Positions 31,150 through 42,013 are shown, counted from the stretch's first letter. The stretch is 64,000 nucleotides of DNA from an uncultured Acidobacteriota bacterium (GCA_963843575.1 CAWJKZ010000013.1:224001-288000); one strand, 5' to 3'. Notes: generated from the letters alone by a model not told the origin. Translations and numbers: made by a program.

Positions 31150-31923
31150 ATGAACAACGGCTCTCACCAGGGCGCTGTCGATATCGTCGTGCCCGTTCGC
31201 AACAACTACCACCGCACGCGCACGCTGCTCGAGGGGATCTACCGTTATTCCGATCTGCCGTTCCATCTTTACGTCGTCGACAACGCCTCGACGGACGAAA
31301 CGGCCGATCTGGCGAAGATTTACACTCGCGACATCACGGTCGTCAGGAACCGCGAGAACCGGGGCTGGCAGGACGGCCTGAACCAGGGAATCGGGCTCGG
31401 CCACAACCCGACGGTGGTGTGCCTGAGAAGCGACGTCGAGGTTTCGCAGGGATGGCTTGGCAACCTGGTTGCCTTCCTCCAGAGCCACCCGCGCATCGGG
31501 GCGGTCGGGCCGCTGAGTTCCAACCCCGAACACTGGCAGTGCGTCGACCGGGTTCGGACGGACCTGGTGCCTGAAATCCCGTCGTTCCTCACCGGCGACC
31601 TGCACGAGCGCAACCACATTCTCGCCCACCACTTCCACCGCGCCGGCATCCTCGTGGAAGGGATGCTTGCTTCGTTCTGCATGGCACTGCAGCGTCGTGG
31701 AATCCGGGCAGCCGGTTTCCTTGACGAAAGCTCCGAGGGAAGCGACGATTATTGCAGGCGCCTGCGCAAAGCGGGCTACGTGCTCGGCTTGTCGCTGGAC
31801 ACCTACGTGATTCACCACGGCGCCGACTCCGTCGTCAGGGACGTTCGGACACTGGCGGGAGTCTGCGAGGTGAGGCGACCCGCCCCGCCCCGCGCCAGGG
31901 AAAAGCACACCCAGTACTGCTGA
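31150..31923 (+). CDS. Glycosyltransferase family 2
   Basis: VDIVVPVRN, VVDNASTDET, ENRG...NQG, GAVGPLS, DDYCRRL...GY, VIHHG. Confidence 0.88.
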   Translation: MNNGSHQGAVDIVVPVRNNYHRTRTLLEGIYRYSDLPFHLYVVDNASTDETADLAKIYTRDITVVRNRENRGWQDGLNQGIGLGHNPTVVCLRSDVEVSQGWLGNLVAFLQSHPRIGAVGPLSSNPEHWQCVDRVRTDLVPEIPSFLTGDLHERNHILAHHFHRAGILVEGMLASFCMALQRRGIRAAGFLDESSEGSDDYCRRLRKAGYVLGLSLDTYVIHHGADSVVRDVRTLAGVCEVRRPAPPRAREKHTQYC

Positions 31924-32054
31924 GGGTGGGTTGCGTCGGATCGACACCGGCCCGGCCTAATCCTTCCCTATAGTTTTACTAATCCTTTACAGAACCGGAT
32001 ACCGCTGCGGGCCATAATTCGGACTGGGTCAAGGGTTCGAAAGGGAGAGGGTCC

Positions 32055-32900
32055 ATGTCTATCCGCAGCACCAGGGTTCCCCTGGACTTCTTCAACGTCA
32101 TTTTCATCGGCACGGTGCATCTGGCCGCCATCCTCGGCATCTTCACGTTTACCTGGGGCGCTCTCGGCGTCGGCGTCGCGCTCTGGTGGATCACCGGCAG
32201 TCTGGGGATCGGTCTCGGCTTTCACCGGATGCTGACGCATCAGGGGTTTCGTTCGCCCCGCTGGGTCGAGAGGTTTTTGGTCGTGTGCGGCACCCTGGCG
32301 GTGCAGGGCGGCCCAATCGCCTGGGTGGCAGGGCACCGGCTGCACCACGCCCACTCCGACCGCGAGCGTGACCCGCACAACTCCCGCAAGGGGTTCTGGT
32401 GGGCTCACGTCGGCTGGATCATGTACCGCGATCCGCAGATGGGGACCTTTGCCAACTACAGCAAGTACGCCAAGGACCTGGTGGCCGACCCGTTCGTCCT
32501 TTTCCTGGATCGGTGGTACGTCGTGTTGCAGGCGGCGCTCGGCCTGGCTCTGCTCGCCTGGGGCGGCTGGAGTTTCGTGATCTGGGGGATTTTCGTCCGC
32601 CTGGTTTTCGGCTGGCACAGCACCTGGCTCGTCAACTCGGCCGCGCACAAGTTCGGCTACCAGACCTACGACTCGCGCGACGAGTCACGCAACTGCTGGT
32701 GGGTGGCGCTGTTGACTTTCGGGGAGGGGTGGCACAACAATCACCACGCTTTTCCGCGCTCGGCGCGCCATGGCTTGAGATGGTGGGAGTTCGACCAGAA
32801 CTACCTCACGCTAGCGGGACTGAAAAGGCTGGGGTTGGCCTGGGACGTACGCGTGTCCGATCATCTGAGGCTTTCCCGCGGGCACCGCCAGGCGGCCTGA
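32055..32900 (+). CDS. Delta-9 type membrane fatty acid desaturase
   Basis: His boxes HRMLTH, HRLHH, HNNHH; DPHN, FGEGWH. Confidence 0.95.
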   Translation: MSIRSTRVPLDFFNVIFIGTVHLAAILGIFTFTWGALGVGVALWWITGSLGIGLGFHRMLTHQGFRSPRWVERFLVVCGTLAVQGGPIAWVAGHRLHHAHSDRERDPHNSRKGFWWAHVGWIMYRDPQMGTFANYSKYAKDLVADPFVLFLDRWYVVLQAALGLALLAWGGWSFVIWGIFVRLVFGWHSTWLVNSAAHKFGYQTYDSRDESRNCWWVALLTFGEGWHNNHHAFPRSARHGLRWWEFDQNYLTLAGLKRLGLAWDVRVSDHLRLSRGHRQAA

Positions 32901-32914
32901 TCGGCGTAGACGCC

Positions 32915-33626
32915 CTATGGGACGTACATGTAGCCGCGCCCGCGCACGCTCACGAAATGGCGCGGCTGGTCGGGTTCCTCTTCGAAGTACCTGCGCAGCC
33001 TGAGGATGAAGTTGTCGACCGTGCGGGTTTCCACCTCGGAACTGTAACCCCAGACCTTTTCCAGCAGCTCGGCGCGCGACAGGACCCGGTTGGGCGCGGC
33101 GGTCAGCACCTCCAGCAGGTTCGCCTCCAGGGCGGTCAACTGAAGATCGCCTCGCGGGCCCGAACCAGTCAGCCTCTCCAGGTCGACACGGTAGCCGGCT
33201 ACCTCCAGTTCCCGGGACCGGCGGTTCCTGCCCGACGTACCACATGGTGCGCTGCAACATGCGACGTATGCGCAGCAACAACTCGGGGAGGTGGAAGGGC
33301 TTGATCATGTAGTCATCCGCGCCGATGGAAAGCCCCAGCACGCGGTCCCGCTCGGTCGATCGCGCGGTGAGCATCAGGATCGGGAGCCTCTGGTCCCTCT
33401 GGCGGATCTGCCGCGCGACCTCGAGGCCGTCCATCTCCTCGATCATGAGGTCCAGCAGCACCAGGTCGAAACGCTCGCTGGCGAGGAGGCCCAGGGCTTC
33501 GCGGCCGCTCGGGGTCGAGCGCACCTGGTAGCCCTCGTGCTCCAGGTTGAACTGGAGCGGCCGGGCGAGGTGGGCCTCGTCCTCGACGAGCAGGATCCTG
33601 GGGTCTTGCTTTGCCGCTTCGCCCAT
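32915..33626 (-). CDS. OmpR/PhoB family response regulator, frameshifted near 33215
   Basis: Receiver LLVEDE, LLDLM, MLTA, ADDYMIKPF in one frame; winged helix LSRAELLEKVWGY..TRTVDNFILRLRR..RGRGY in another. Confidence 0.85.
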
Positions 33627-34642
33627 CACGCCTGGGCCTCCGTCTGCTTGTGCGCGCGGCCGCCCTTCGGGCCGCTCCAGTACCGTGTCAGGCGCGGCAT
33701 GCGCACGCTGAATGTCGAGCCGCGGCCCGGGCCCGGGCTGACGGCCCAGACCTTGCCGCCGTGGTCCTTGACGATGTTGCGCACGATGTAGAGACCGAGG
33801 CCTGTCCCGCGCGCGTGCGCGCGATAGTTCTGCTCGCCGCGCCAGAACATCTTGAACACGTTCTTGAGGTCCTTGCGCCTGATCCCTTCGCCGTTGTCGA
33901 TCACGTCGAGGCGGCAGCTCCGAAGGTCCCGGTGCAGCCTGACCTTGATCGGAGAACCGCGGGGGGAGTAGCGCGCCGCGTTTTCGATGAGGTTCGACAG
34001 CACTACGTGCATGGCGGCCGTGTCCACCGCGACCCGCGCGTCGCCTCCCTTGGGATCGAACGTCACGACGTGGCCGTCCTTCTCGAACAGGTGGCGGTCC
34101 TGGTCGATGACGTCCTCCACGAAGCGCCGCATGCTGACCGGCTTGGGGCTGTAGCGGCTGCTCCTTCTCTCTATCCGGGCCGCCCCAAGGATGCGGTTGA
34201 TCAGGAGCGTCAGCCGCTCCGTGTCGTCGAGCATCATGCCCAGGAACTCCCGCTTCCTCTCCTCGGGTAGCTCGCGCATGGCCATGGTCTCCAAGGCCAG
34301 CTGTATCGAGGCTACCGGCGATTTGAGCTCGTGGGTCACGTTGGAAACGAACGTTCGCTGCATCTTGTTCAGGTGGTGCTGCTTGCTCCAGTAGATGAAG
34401 ATCATGGTGGCGCCGGCGAGGATCAAGGCCAACAACAGCCCGCCTTCCAGCAGCGGCAACCAGCCGGTCTCGACCTCGGCCTGCGTGCGCAAGCGCTCGG
34501 CCATCTCGCGCAGCTGGGCGTGCTTCTCCAGGTACCAGCGAATCCAGACGACGATCAGCAGGATCCAGAGCACCTGTATGAAGAGGAAGACCGTCACGGG
34601 GTGATAGAGCCACCTGGTGTTGAACCGGAACGGCTTTTTCAT
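33626..34642 (-). CDS. Sensor histidine kinase
   Basis: Two TMs, NVTHELKSP H box, NLIENA, DNGEG, GTGLGL. Confidence 0.95.
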   Translation of the reverse strand: MKKPFRFNTRWLYHPVTVFLFIQVLWILLIVVWIRWYLEKHAQLREMAERLRTQAEVETGWLPLLEGGLLLALILAGATMIFIYWSKQHHLNKMQRTFVSNVTHELKSPVASIQLALETMAMRELPEERKREFLGMMLDDTERLTLLINRILGAARIERRSSRYSPKPVSMRRFVEDVIDQDRHLFEKDGHVVTFDPKGGDARVAVDTAAMHVVLSNLIENAARYSPRGSPIKVRLHRDLRSCRLDVIDNGEGIRRKDLKNVFKMFWRGEQNYRAHARGTGLGLYIVRNIVKDHGGKVWAVSPGPGRGSTFSVRMPRLTRYWSGPKGGRAHKQTEAQA

Positions 34643-34684
34643 CGGTCCATTCTAACCCCGCGGGAGCAAACTTCCCGCCGCCGA

Positions 34685-35875
34685 TCAGGCAGGCTCCGCC
34701 TGGTGCAGCAGCCGGAGAATCTCGTCGCCGAACTCGCGCACGCGCCAGCGGCGCATACCCTCGACGGCTTCGAGCGCCACCAGATCGGCAGGAGGAAAGG
34801 ACGCCAACGATTCGAGGAGATTGCCGGGGAATATGACCCCGACCGGGAGCTGTAATTGGAGGGCCTTGTTCGTCCTCCAGAGCCTAAGCGCCTCGAGCCT
34901 CTGCCGCGTTTCACGCGACGGGGCTCTCCAGAGCTTCGGCGCCTGCGGCATGACCGCATCGGATTCCTCCGCCCGCGCCCGTTCTATGGTCCTGAAGATC
35001 TCGCCGGCGTACTTGCGGGCGACGCGGTACGAAACTCCCGGCCGATGAAACATGTCGCGGGGAGAACGGGGCGGCTGGCGGCTCAGGTCGATCAGGACAG
35101 GAGTGTTCAGGACCTTGAAGGCGGGAACGTCCATCTCACGCGCGTACCGGTCGCGCAAGACGTAGAGCGCCCGCAGCACCCCAAGTTCCTGGAGCGACAG
35201 GTCACGGCTCCCTTTGATCCTGCGGTAACCTTCGGGGTCGAACTCCCGCTCCTGCAGGGCGGCCATCGCCTCTGTCTCGAATTCCTCCTGAGCCCACGAG
35301 AGGCGGTTCTTCTCGCGGAGCTGCTGTTCCAGCACATCCCGAAGATGCAACAGGTGGTGCGTGTCCATCGCCGCGTATTCGAGCTGCTCCGACGCCAGGG
35401 GACGGCGCGACCAGTCATCGCGCTGACGTCGCTTGGAATGGTTTATGCCGAGCAGTTTGTCCATCAGCGCGCTCAGGCCGAGCAGTTCATAACCGACCAG
35501 CTGGGCGGCCGCATGCGTGTCGAAGATCTTCGCAAAGGTGAACCCGTAATCCCGACGCAGGCAATGAATGTCATAGGTCGCCGCGTGGAAGACCTTCTCC
35601 ACCCCCAGGTCCGACATCAGAGGGCCGAGGGGATCCAGGTCCCGGATCACCAGCGGGTCCAGCACGAATGTTTCCCTGTCCGTCGAGATCTGGACGAGGC
35701 AGACCTTTTCAAAGTAGTGGTACAGGCTGTCCGCCTCGATGTCGATGGCCAGGCGGCCCGCAGGCCGGAGGCTTTCCATCATCGCCTGGAAGGTGTCCGC
35801 CGTGGCAACCCAGGTGTAGGGAGGGGCAGTCTCTTCGTTCCGGCCGGGTTCGGTGGCGCTAGAATTCATATACAA
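34685..35875 (-). CDS. rnd: Ribonuclease D (3'-5' exonuclease + HRDC)
   Basis: IDIEAD, CLVQIS, KVFHAA.YD, IFDT, DWSRRPL, YAAMD. Confidence 0.9.
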   Translation of the reverse strand: MYMNSSATEPGRNEETAPPYTWVATADTFQAMMESLRPAGRLAIDIEADSLYHYFEKVCLVQISTDRETFVLDPLVIRDLDPLGPLMSDLGVEKVFHAATYDIHCLRRDYGFTFAKIFDTHAAAQLVGYELLGLSALMDKLLGINHSKRRQRDDWSRRPLASEQLEYAAMDTHHLLHLRDVLEQQLREKNRLSWAQEEFETEAMAALQEREFDPEGYRRIKGSRDLSLQELGVLRALYVLRDRYAREMDVPAFKVLNTPVLIDLSRQPPRSPRDMFHRPGVSYRVARKYAGEIFRTIERARAEESDAVMPQAPKLWRAPSRETRQRLEALRLWRTNKALQLQLPVGVIFPGNLLESLASFPPADLVALEAVEGMRRWRVREFGDEILRLLHQAEPA

Positions 35876-35970
35876 ATCAGAGGTTAACAGAGAAAAAATA
35901 CATTATACAACCCCAACCGGAAAACACTCCGTCCGTGCGACAACTCACGCCGCTTTCTCTTCCGGCACGT

Positions 35971-37302
35971 TCAGGGTCTTCTCAGACCGTACTTGTGGAT
36001 CTTGTTGTAGAGGGTGACCCGGTCGATCTCGAGCACCTCTGCGGAACGCGATATGTTCCAGTTGTTCAGGGCCAGGACGCTCGTGATGTGACTCTTCTCC
36101 ACGGCGGCGAGCGAACCAGATTGCGGCACGTCGACGCGCTGGGACAGGCCGAAAGGGAGATCTTCCGGGCGAATCGCCGGTGGCTTTCCCACCACCATCG
36201 CGCGTTCGATGGCGTTTTCCAGCTCCCGCACATTGCCCGGCCAGTCGTACCGTACCAGGGCTTCCATGGCGCCGTGGGTAATCGAGTCAATCGGCTTGGC
36301 CATCTCGCCAGCGTACTTCCTGAGGAAGTAGTCGGCAAGCAGGGGGATGTCGGACTTGCGCTCGCACAGCGGCGGCAGTTCCACCGTGAATACGTTCAGC
36401 CTGTAGTAGAGGTCTTCCCGGAAGCTTCCTTCCTTGATCGCTTTTTCGAGGTCCTGGTTTGTCGCGCAGATGATCCTGAAGTCAACCTCGACGGTCCCGT
36501 TTCCGCCGACGCGTCTGGACTGCTTGGATTCGATGACCCGCAGCAGATCCATCTGCGTCTTCATGTCGATATGGCCGATTTCGTCCAGGAACAGCGTCCC
36601 CTGATCGGCAAGCTCCAGCTTCCCATTGCGCCTTTGTCCTCCTTCCGCCTCGCTGCCAAACAGTTCGCTTTCGACCACGAGCTCGGGCAGCGCCCCGCAG
36701 CTGACGGTGACGAACGGAAAGTTGCGCCGACTGCTGCCGTCGTGAATGGCCCCGGCGATGAGCCCCTTGCCCGTCCCGCTCTCGCCCCGGATCATGACGG
36801 TCGTGTCGGTCCGCGCCACCGTCTCGATCAGCTCGAAGACTCTCCGGATGGCGGGAGACTCGCCGACAATTTCCCTTCGTCCCGGGAACTGTGCGAGCTG
36901 TTCTTTCAACCTGAGGTTCTCGTTGACCAGTGCCCGCTGCCGGACCGCCTTGTCGATCAGGTGCGACAGGTAGTCGGGATCCACCGGTTTGGTTACGTAA
37001 TCGAACGCGCCCATCTTGAGTGCCTGAACGGCCGTATCGACCGAGGCGTGCGCTGTGATGAAGATGATCGTGGGGGGCGGGTCGATTCCCCTGATGCGCT
37101 GCTGGAGCTCCATCCCGTCCATGTCCGGCATTTTGATGTCGAGCAGGATGATGTCCCAACGCTCGGCCCGCACCAGCCGCATCGCCTCGGCCCCGTTCTC
37201 CGCCGTCCCCACCCGGTAGCCGTCTTCAATGAACCACTTGGCGAGCGATTCCCGGACGATCTTTTCATCGTCGACAACCAGGATCGAAGCGCGGGTTTTC
37301 AT
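35971..37302 (-). CDS. NtrC-family response regulator lacking the GAFTGA loop
   Basis: Receiver domain, GESGTGKG, LFLDEI, FREDLYYRL, WPGNVRELEN, Fis HTH; ESELFGSEAEGGQRRNG where GAFTGA is expected. Confidence 0.92.
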   Translation of the reverse strand: MKTRASILVVDDEKIVRESLAKWFIEDGYRVGTAENGAEAMRLVRAERWDIILLDIKMPDMDGMELQQRIRGIDPPPTIIFITAHASVDTAVQALKMGAFDYVTKPVDPDYLSHLIDKAVRQRALVNENLRLKEQLAQFPGRREIVGESPAIRRVFELIETVARTDTTVMIRGESGTGKGLIAGAIHDGSSRRNFPFVTVSCGALPELVVESELFGSEAEGGQRRNGKLELADQGTLFLDEIGHIDMKTQMDLLRVIESKQSRRVGGNGTVEVDFRIICATNQDLEKAIKEGSFREDLYYRLNVFTVELPPLCERKSDIPLLADYFLRKYAGEMAKPIDSITHGAMEALVRYDWPGNVRELENAIERAMVVGKPPAIRPEDLPFGLSQRVDVPQSGSLAAVEKSHITSVLALNNWNISRSAEVLEIDRVTLYNKIHKYGLRRP

Positions 37303-38928
37303 ACACGGCCCTCAGATGCGGGGTTCGCGCCCCCGGTGTGCCGCACGGCGGCCCCGGGGAACCTCAGGGTGAACGCCGTTCCCTCGCCCGGCTGAGATTC
37401 GACCGAGATGCTCCCGCCGTGCCGTTCCATGATCCCGAATACGACCGAGAGCCCCAGGCCCACGCCCTTACCCTCTTTTTTGGTGGTGAAAAACGGCTCG
37501 AAAACATGCTCCAGATCCCCTTGCGCGATGCCCACGCCTGTGTCCGACACCCTGATCTCGAGGTCGCCGGCCGCCGGGCGCGTGATCTGCAGGCGCAGGG
37601 TGCCGCCATTAGGCATCGCCTCCACCGCGTTTACGAACAGCGCCACGAGCGCCTGCTGGATCTGGTTCTCGCAGCACATCAGAGTGATATCCTGCGCGCT
37701 CGGCGATCAGCTCGAATCTGACATTCGAAATCCTGAAGTGGTGCTGCATCAGGGACACAACCCGCCGCACGACCGATTCAATCGGCACCGGTCCCATTTC
37801 ACCTACCTGTTTCCTGGAGAAAAGCAGCAGGTTCCTGACGATGTTTCCGCAGCGTTGGACTTCGTGGATGACCAGGTCGAGCTCCTCGATCGTCTGTTTG
37901 ACCGCGTCCGGAGGGTTCTCGCAACGGCGCAGCCGCTTTGCCATCACCTTGCCGTAGGTCAGGATCCCCTCCAGGGGGTTGTTCAACTCGTGCGCCACCG
38001 TGGCCGAAAGTTTTCCCAGCGAGGCCATTTTCTCGACCTGCAAGATCTGCAGGTGCGCCCGTTTCAACTCGAGGGTCTTCTCCTCCACGCGTCTCTCGAG
38101 CGTTTCCGACCAGTGCCGGTTTTCCGCTTCGACCCTTTCGAGATTCCGGGTCATCTCATTAAACGATCCCGCCAGCTGCCCCAGATCGTCCCGGGCAGAA
38201 ATCGATATGCGGTGCTCGAGGTTCCCCGATGAGACCTGCCTGGTACCCTCTATCAGGATCTTGACGGGGCGGTGGACGGCGAAAAAGAGGAACAACCCGG
38301 AGCCGATGGCGACCGTGACCGCCATGACCGCTCCGTACAGGATCAGTCTTCGCCGCGCGGCGGCAATACCGGCGTCCACTTGTTCCAGCGACATTCTCAC
38401 ATCCAGAACGCCCAGCACCGTAGTGCCCCCCGGATGCGCGTGGCAGGACGCCTCGGAACACGACCGCTCGTTGCGGATCGGGTTGATCAGCCCGACGACG
38501 CGCGTCTGCCTGGGCGTGGTATAGATGCGGGAACGACTCCCGGCCGGCAGGGAGCGGAGCGGTTCGGCACTGTTGTGGCAGGCGTAACACGCCTCGGCAT
38601 GCATGTCCACCACAGTGCCTCCCTCCCCCTTGGCAGTGGAGAACATGATCTCTCCGCGCTTGTTGTAAATGCGGATCCCTTCTACCCCGGGCTCCCGGGC
38701 GATCGTGCTGATGATCTGGTAGACGTCGCCGCGCCGATTCAGCAGCATGCTGTAACGTGTTGAATTTCTTATCACATCGCTGAAGCGCGCGGCGCTGTCC
38801 AGCACGTGGACCATCATCTGGCCGGTGTGCAGCCGGATGGCAAAGTAGGAGTAAAGGCCGAATAACGTGAACAGGAGCACACAGGATCCGGCAAGCACAC
38901 GGAAGGTAAGGGTATGCCAGACTCTCAT
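37299..38928 (-). CDS. HAMP sensor histidine kinase with periplasmic CxxCH motifs, frameshifted near 37695
   Basis: TM-periplasmic (CYACH, CSEASCH)-TM-HAMP, VAHELNNPL; ATPase domain NAVEAM, DTGVG, FEPFFTTK, GVGLGL in a second frame. Confidence 0.88.
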
Positions 38929-39380
38929 TGCGCGCCTGTACGTCACCGTGCCCGAGTAACGGGATGTTATCACGAATTGGTACGGGGCGATAGGCTCTGA
39001 TTTTACGAGATTTGCGGAGGTTTTGAACTCAGAAGTCAGTTGCCTGCATGCACCCGAGCCCGGTGACGCGGATTCCGGCGCCGCAGCGCCGGTCCCAGTT
39101 ACTCTGCCGACTTGCCGGAGATGAACGCCTGGCGGTCATGACCCCGGGCCGGGAAGCCTGGGGCTGCCGGGGTCTTTTCGGCGGCATTCGCGCCACCGAC
39201 GCCCAGCCCGGCTGTAGAATATTTCATCGGCGAATGTCGTATTTTTCCGAATCAGTTCCCGGAGAAGACGCGATCGTTATTTCGTAGGCGGATCCGCCCG
39301 GATCGCAACCAACGGCATTGGCCGCGGAGGCTCGCGTAAGATCACGGATTGCCGGACGCGGCCGATCCGTGAATCCATTA

Positions 39381-39574
39381 GGGTCTGTCACAGAATAACA
39401 GGCCCACTTTGGCGCGAGCGCCGGGCGGGCAGATGCAAGGCGCCGCGACGCAGGCGATGTGGGGACATCGTCGAGGAGCGGCAACGCCGCAAGTGCCCGC
39501 CCGCCGCCGCGCCCCGGCGGGCTGCGGCCCTGAGGGCCTGCAGCAAAGTGGACCTGTTATTCTGTGACAGACCC
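39381..39574 (-). mobile_element. MITE family B (same core as family A, different TIRs)
   Basis: 31-bp TIRs (30/31 match), GGGTCTGTCACAGAATAACAGGYCCACTTTG; TTA duplicated on both sides. Confidence 0.85.
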
Positions 39575-39588
39575 TTAGATCCGAATCC

Positions 39589-40332
39589 TCAGATGCGGAT
39601 GAGCATGTTGTCGGAGGCGAGCTCGATGTCGATCTCGCCGCGTCGGGACAGCACTTCGGCTCCAAGGTGGGTGAGAACCAGCCGGTCGGTGCCGAACCGG
39701 TTGCGGTTTCGGGCGATCTGCGGGTAATCGAGGTGGGTGGCGATGTGGGTTTCGAAAAAAGTGCATTCGCAGACAAACAAGTCGGTTCCCTGCGCGTGCT
39801 TTACGAGGTCCTCGGACCAGCCCGTGTCGCCGGAATAGAGGATTCTCCTCCCCCCGACCGTCACGTCGAGCGCGAGCGAAACGTCGGAAGTCTGGTGCGG
39901 CACCCGGAACGGGTGAATCTGAACGGACCCAATCCGGAGCTCTTCCCCGGGGAACATCTCGGTGAACTCGAGCGGAAAGGGAAGCGGCTCTGCGGCGGCG
40001 TCCCGGTACATGGCCCGGAACAGCGCGTCGACCCGTTCCTGGATTCCGGGGGGGCCGGCGACGACAAGAGGGCGGGTGCGGGCCGCCACGTATACTGAAT
40101 CCAGCAGCAAGAAAGGCAAACCGGCGAAATGGTCACCGTGCATGTGACTGATGAGTACGGTATCGATGGAGCCGGTAGAGAGGCCGGAGCGCTTGAGGGC
40201 GGCAAGCACCGTAGCCCCGCAATCCATCAGGAAGGTGGATGCGCCCTCCTCGACGAGGTAGCTTGCCTGTTGCGCGCCGGAGGCGCAGAAGGCGTCGCCC
40301 GTGCCGAGGAACCGGATCTGCAAGCCGCTCAT
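39589..40332 (-). CDS. MBL-fold metallo-hydrolase (RNase Z-like)
   Basis: FLGTGDA, MDCG, SHMHGDH, YSGDT, THL. Confidence 0.9.
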   Translation of the reverse strand: MSGLQIRFLGTGDAFCASGAQQASYLVEEGASTFLMDCGATVLAALKRSGLSTGSIDTVLISHMHGDHFAGLPFLLLDSVYVAARTRPLVVAGPPGIQERVDALFRAMYRDAAAEPLPFPLEFTEMFPGEELRIGSVQIHPFRVPHQTSDVSLALDVTVGGRRILYSGDTGWSEDLVKHAQGTDLFVCECTFFETHIATHLDYPQIARNRNRFGTDRLVLTHLGAEVLSRRGEIDIELASDNMLIRI

Positions 40333-40429
40333 CCGGTGAGTATAGCATCCCTCCGGCAATGACGCCGTTCGCCGGGTTGCTGGCGTCCGGAGTCCGGGAC
40401 GGTGGTAGAATTGCGTCCGGTACGGCACG

Positions 40430-41257
40430 ATGGACACGACGCAGAAATTGAAGAAGAAGTTGCTTCGGGCCGTGGGCCGCGCCATCGCGGACTTCGGGAT
40501 GATCCGGGAGGGCGACCGGATCATGGCGTGTCTCAGCGGCGGCAAGGACAGCCATACCCTTCTCGACCTGCTCCGCGACCTGCAACTGCGGGCTCCGGTG
40601 CGGTTCGACCTGCTCGCCGTCAATCTCGATCAGAAACAGCCCGGATTCCCGGCCGAGGTCCTGCCTCGCTACCTTGTCGACATTGGCGTGCCTTTCCGGA
40701 TCGTGCAGAAAGACACCTATGCCTTAGTCAAGGCCAAGGTGCCCGAAGGCGAGACGACCTGCGCACTCTGCTCGAGGTTGCGTCGGGGAATTCTCTACAA
40801 CACGGCCGTCCGGGAAAGGTGCAACAAGATCGCCCTTGGCCACCATGCCGACGACATTATCCAGACGCTGCTGCTGAACATGTTTTTCAACGGCTCGCTC
40901 AAGGCGATGCCGCCGGTCCTGCGCAGCGACGACGGCCGGAACACCGTCATCCGCCCGCTGGCCTATTGCTGGGAATCAGACATCGAAGAGTACGCCGACT
41001 TGAGGGGGTTCCCGATCATTCCCTGCGATCTTTGCGGTTCGCAGCCAGACCTCGAGCGGAAACGGATGCGCCGCCTGATCGACGAACTGCAGCGTGACAT
41101 CCCGCGTGTCCGGGAGTCCGTGCTCGCCGCCCTGGGCCGGGTCGCGCCGTCGCACCTCATGGACCGGAAGCTGCACGATTTCTCGACGTTCCCGCCCGAG
41201 GTCGGGGACGTCGAGGCGGAATTGGATCGCGCCATCCTCCGGCCCGGACCCGCCTGA
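40430..41257 (+). CDS. ttcA: tRNA 2-thiocytidine(32) synthetase
   Basis: PP-loop [43 protein letters not shown]. Confidence 0.95.
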   Translation: MDTTQKLKKKLLRAVGRAIADFGMIREGDRIMACLSGGKDSHTLLDLLRDLQLRAPVRFDLLAVNLDQKQPGFPAEVLPRYLVDIGVPFRIVQKDTYALVKAKVPEGETTCALCSRLRRGILYNTAVRERCNKIALGHHADDIIQTLLLNMFFNGSLKAMPPVLRSDDGRNTVIRPLAYCWESDIEEYADLRGFPIIPCDLCGSQPDLERKRMRRLIDELQRDIPRVRESVLAALGRVAPSHLMDRKLHDFSTFPPEVGDVEAELDRAILRPGPA

Positions 41258-41343
41258 TGCGGCCTGTCGCGAGGTCGATCCGTGGGGATCCGCGCCAATC
41301 CGCGTCCTTAAAAATACGTCAGCGTATTCTTGTACATCAGTAC

Positions 41344-41907
41344 TTAGCCGGGCTTGCCGCCTCCGCGCGTCCAGGGGCGATCGACCGCGAGATCGGGGTA
41401 CTGCCGGCGAAAGGCAGCCGCGATGTGGCAGTCCCAGCAGATCGGCTGGTGGGTTGCCAATACCTCCGGGAGCGTCTCCGGCGGTATCTGGGCCCACTCC
41501 GCCGTCTCGCCGCCAGGACCCCTGAGGGCCGGTTTGTGCTCCAGCCAATCGATGTGTCCGAGGGCTTTCCCGCACACCACGCAATTGCGGTCCGCATACC
41601 ACTGCGTCAGCATCGTTCGAACCAGGCAGTCCTCGGGTGAGGCTTCGATCTGTGCCAGGCATTCCTGGCCGCAGTTGCGTTTCTCGGGCCAGCGCGTGCA
41701 GGCACTCAGTTCGAGATCGCGGGTCCCGACGGTGGACAAGGCTGCGCGCAGGGCGTCGACCTGCACTGCCGCCGTTTTTTGATTCTCGGGGCACGTGACG
41801 ACACGCGTTCCGCGGAACCTCCGGTAGAGCCGGGCGAGAGGCATCAGGAGAAAGCAGATCGCGGCCACGGCCACGATTCCGGCGAGCAGATACATCACGG
41901 TACTCAT
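41344..41907 (-). CDS. Membrane-anchored Cys-rich hypothetical protein
   Basis: GAGG SD; TM helix; TCPE, CTRWPE..CGQEC, CVVC, CWDCH. Confidence 0.75.
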   Translation of the reverse strand: MSTVMYLLAGIVAVAAICFLLMPLARLYRRFRGTRVVTCPENQKTAAVQVDALRAALSTVGTRDLELSACTRWPEKRNCGQECLAQIEASPEDCLVRTMLTQWYADRNCVVCGKALGHIDWLEHKPALRGPGGETAEWAQIPPETLPEVLATHQPICWDCHIAAAFRRQYPDLAVDRPWTRGGGKPG

Positions 41908-42013
41908 GTCGGACCTCACTTCGTCGAAACCCGGGGCGTGAAGCCTGGTGGACAACGGGGCGTCCCGCCCCGGGACCGGAAAAACCGGACCAGCGGCGCA
42001 CCCATGGGAAGCT

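Noticed and set aside
32811-34613. 600-aa ORF as a novel receiver-domain fusion
   Set aside because: It is an alternative frame of the kinase gene running into the frameshifted OmpR regulator; only the part from 33626 is real.
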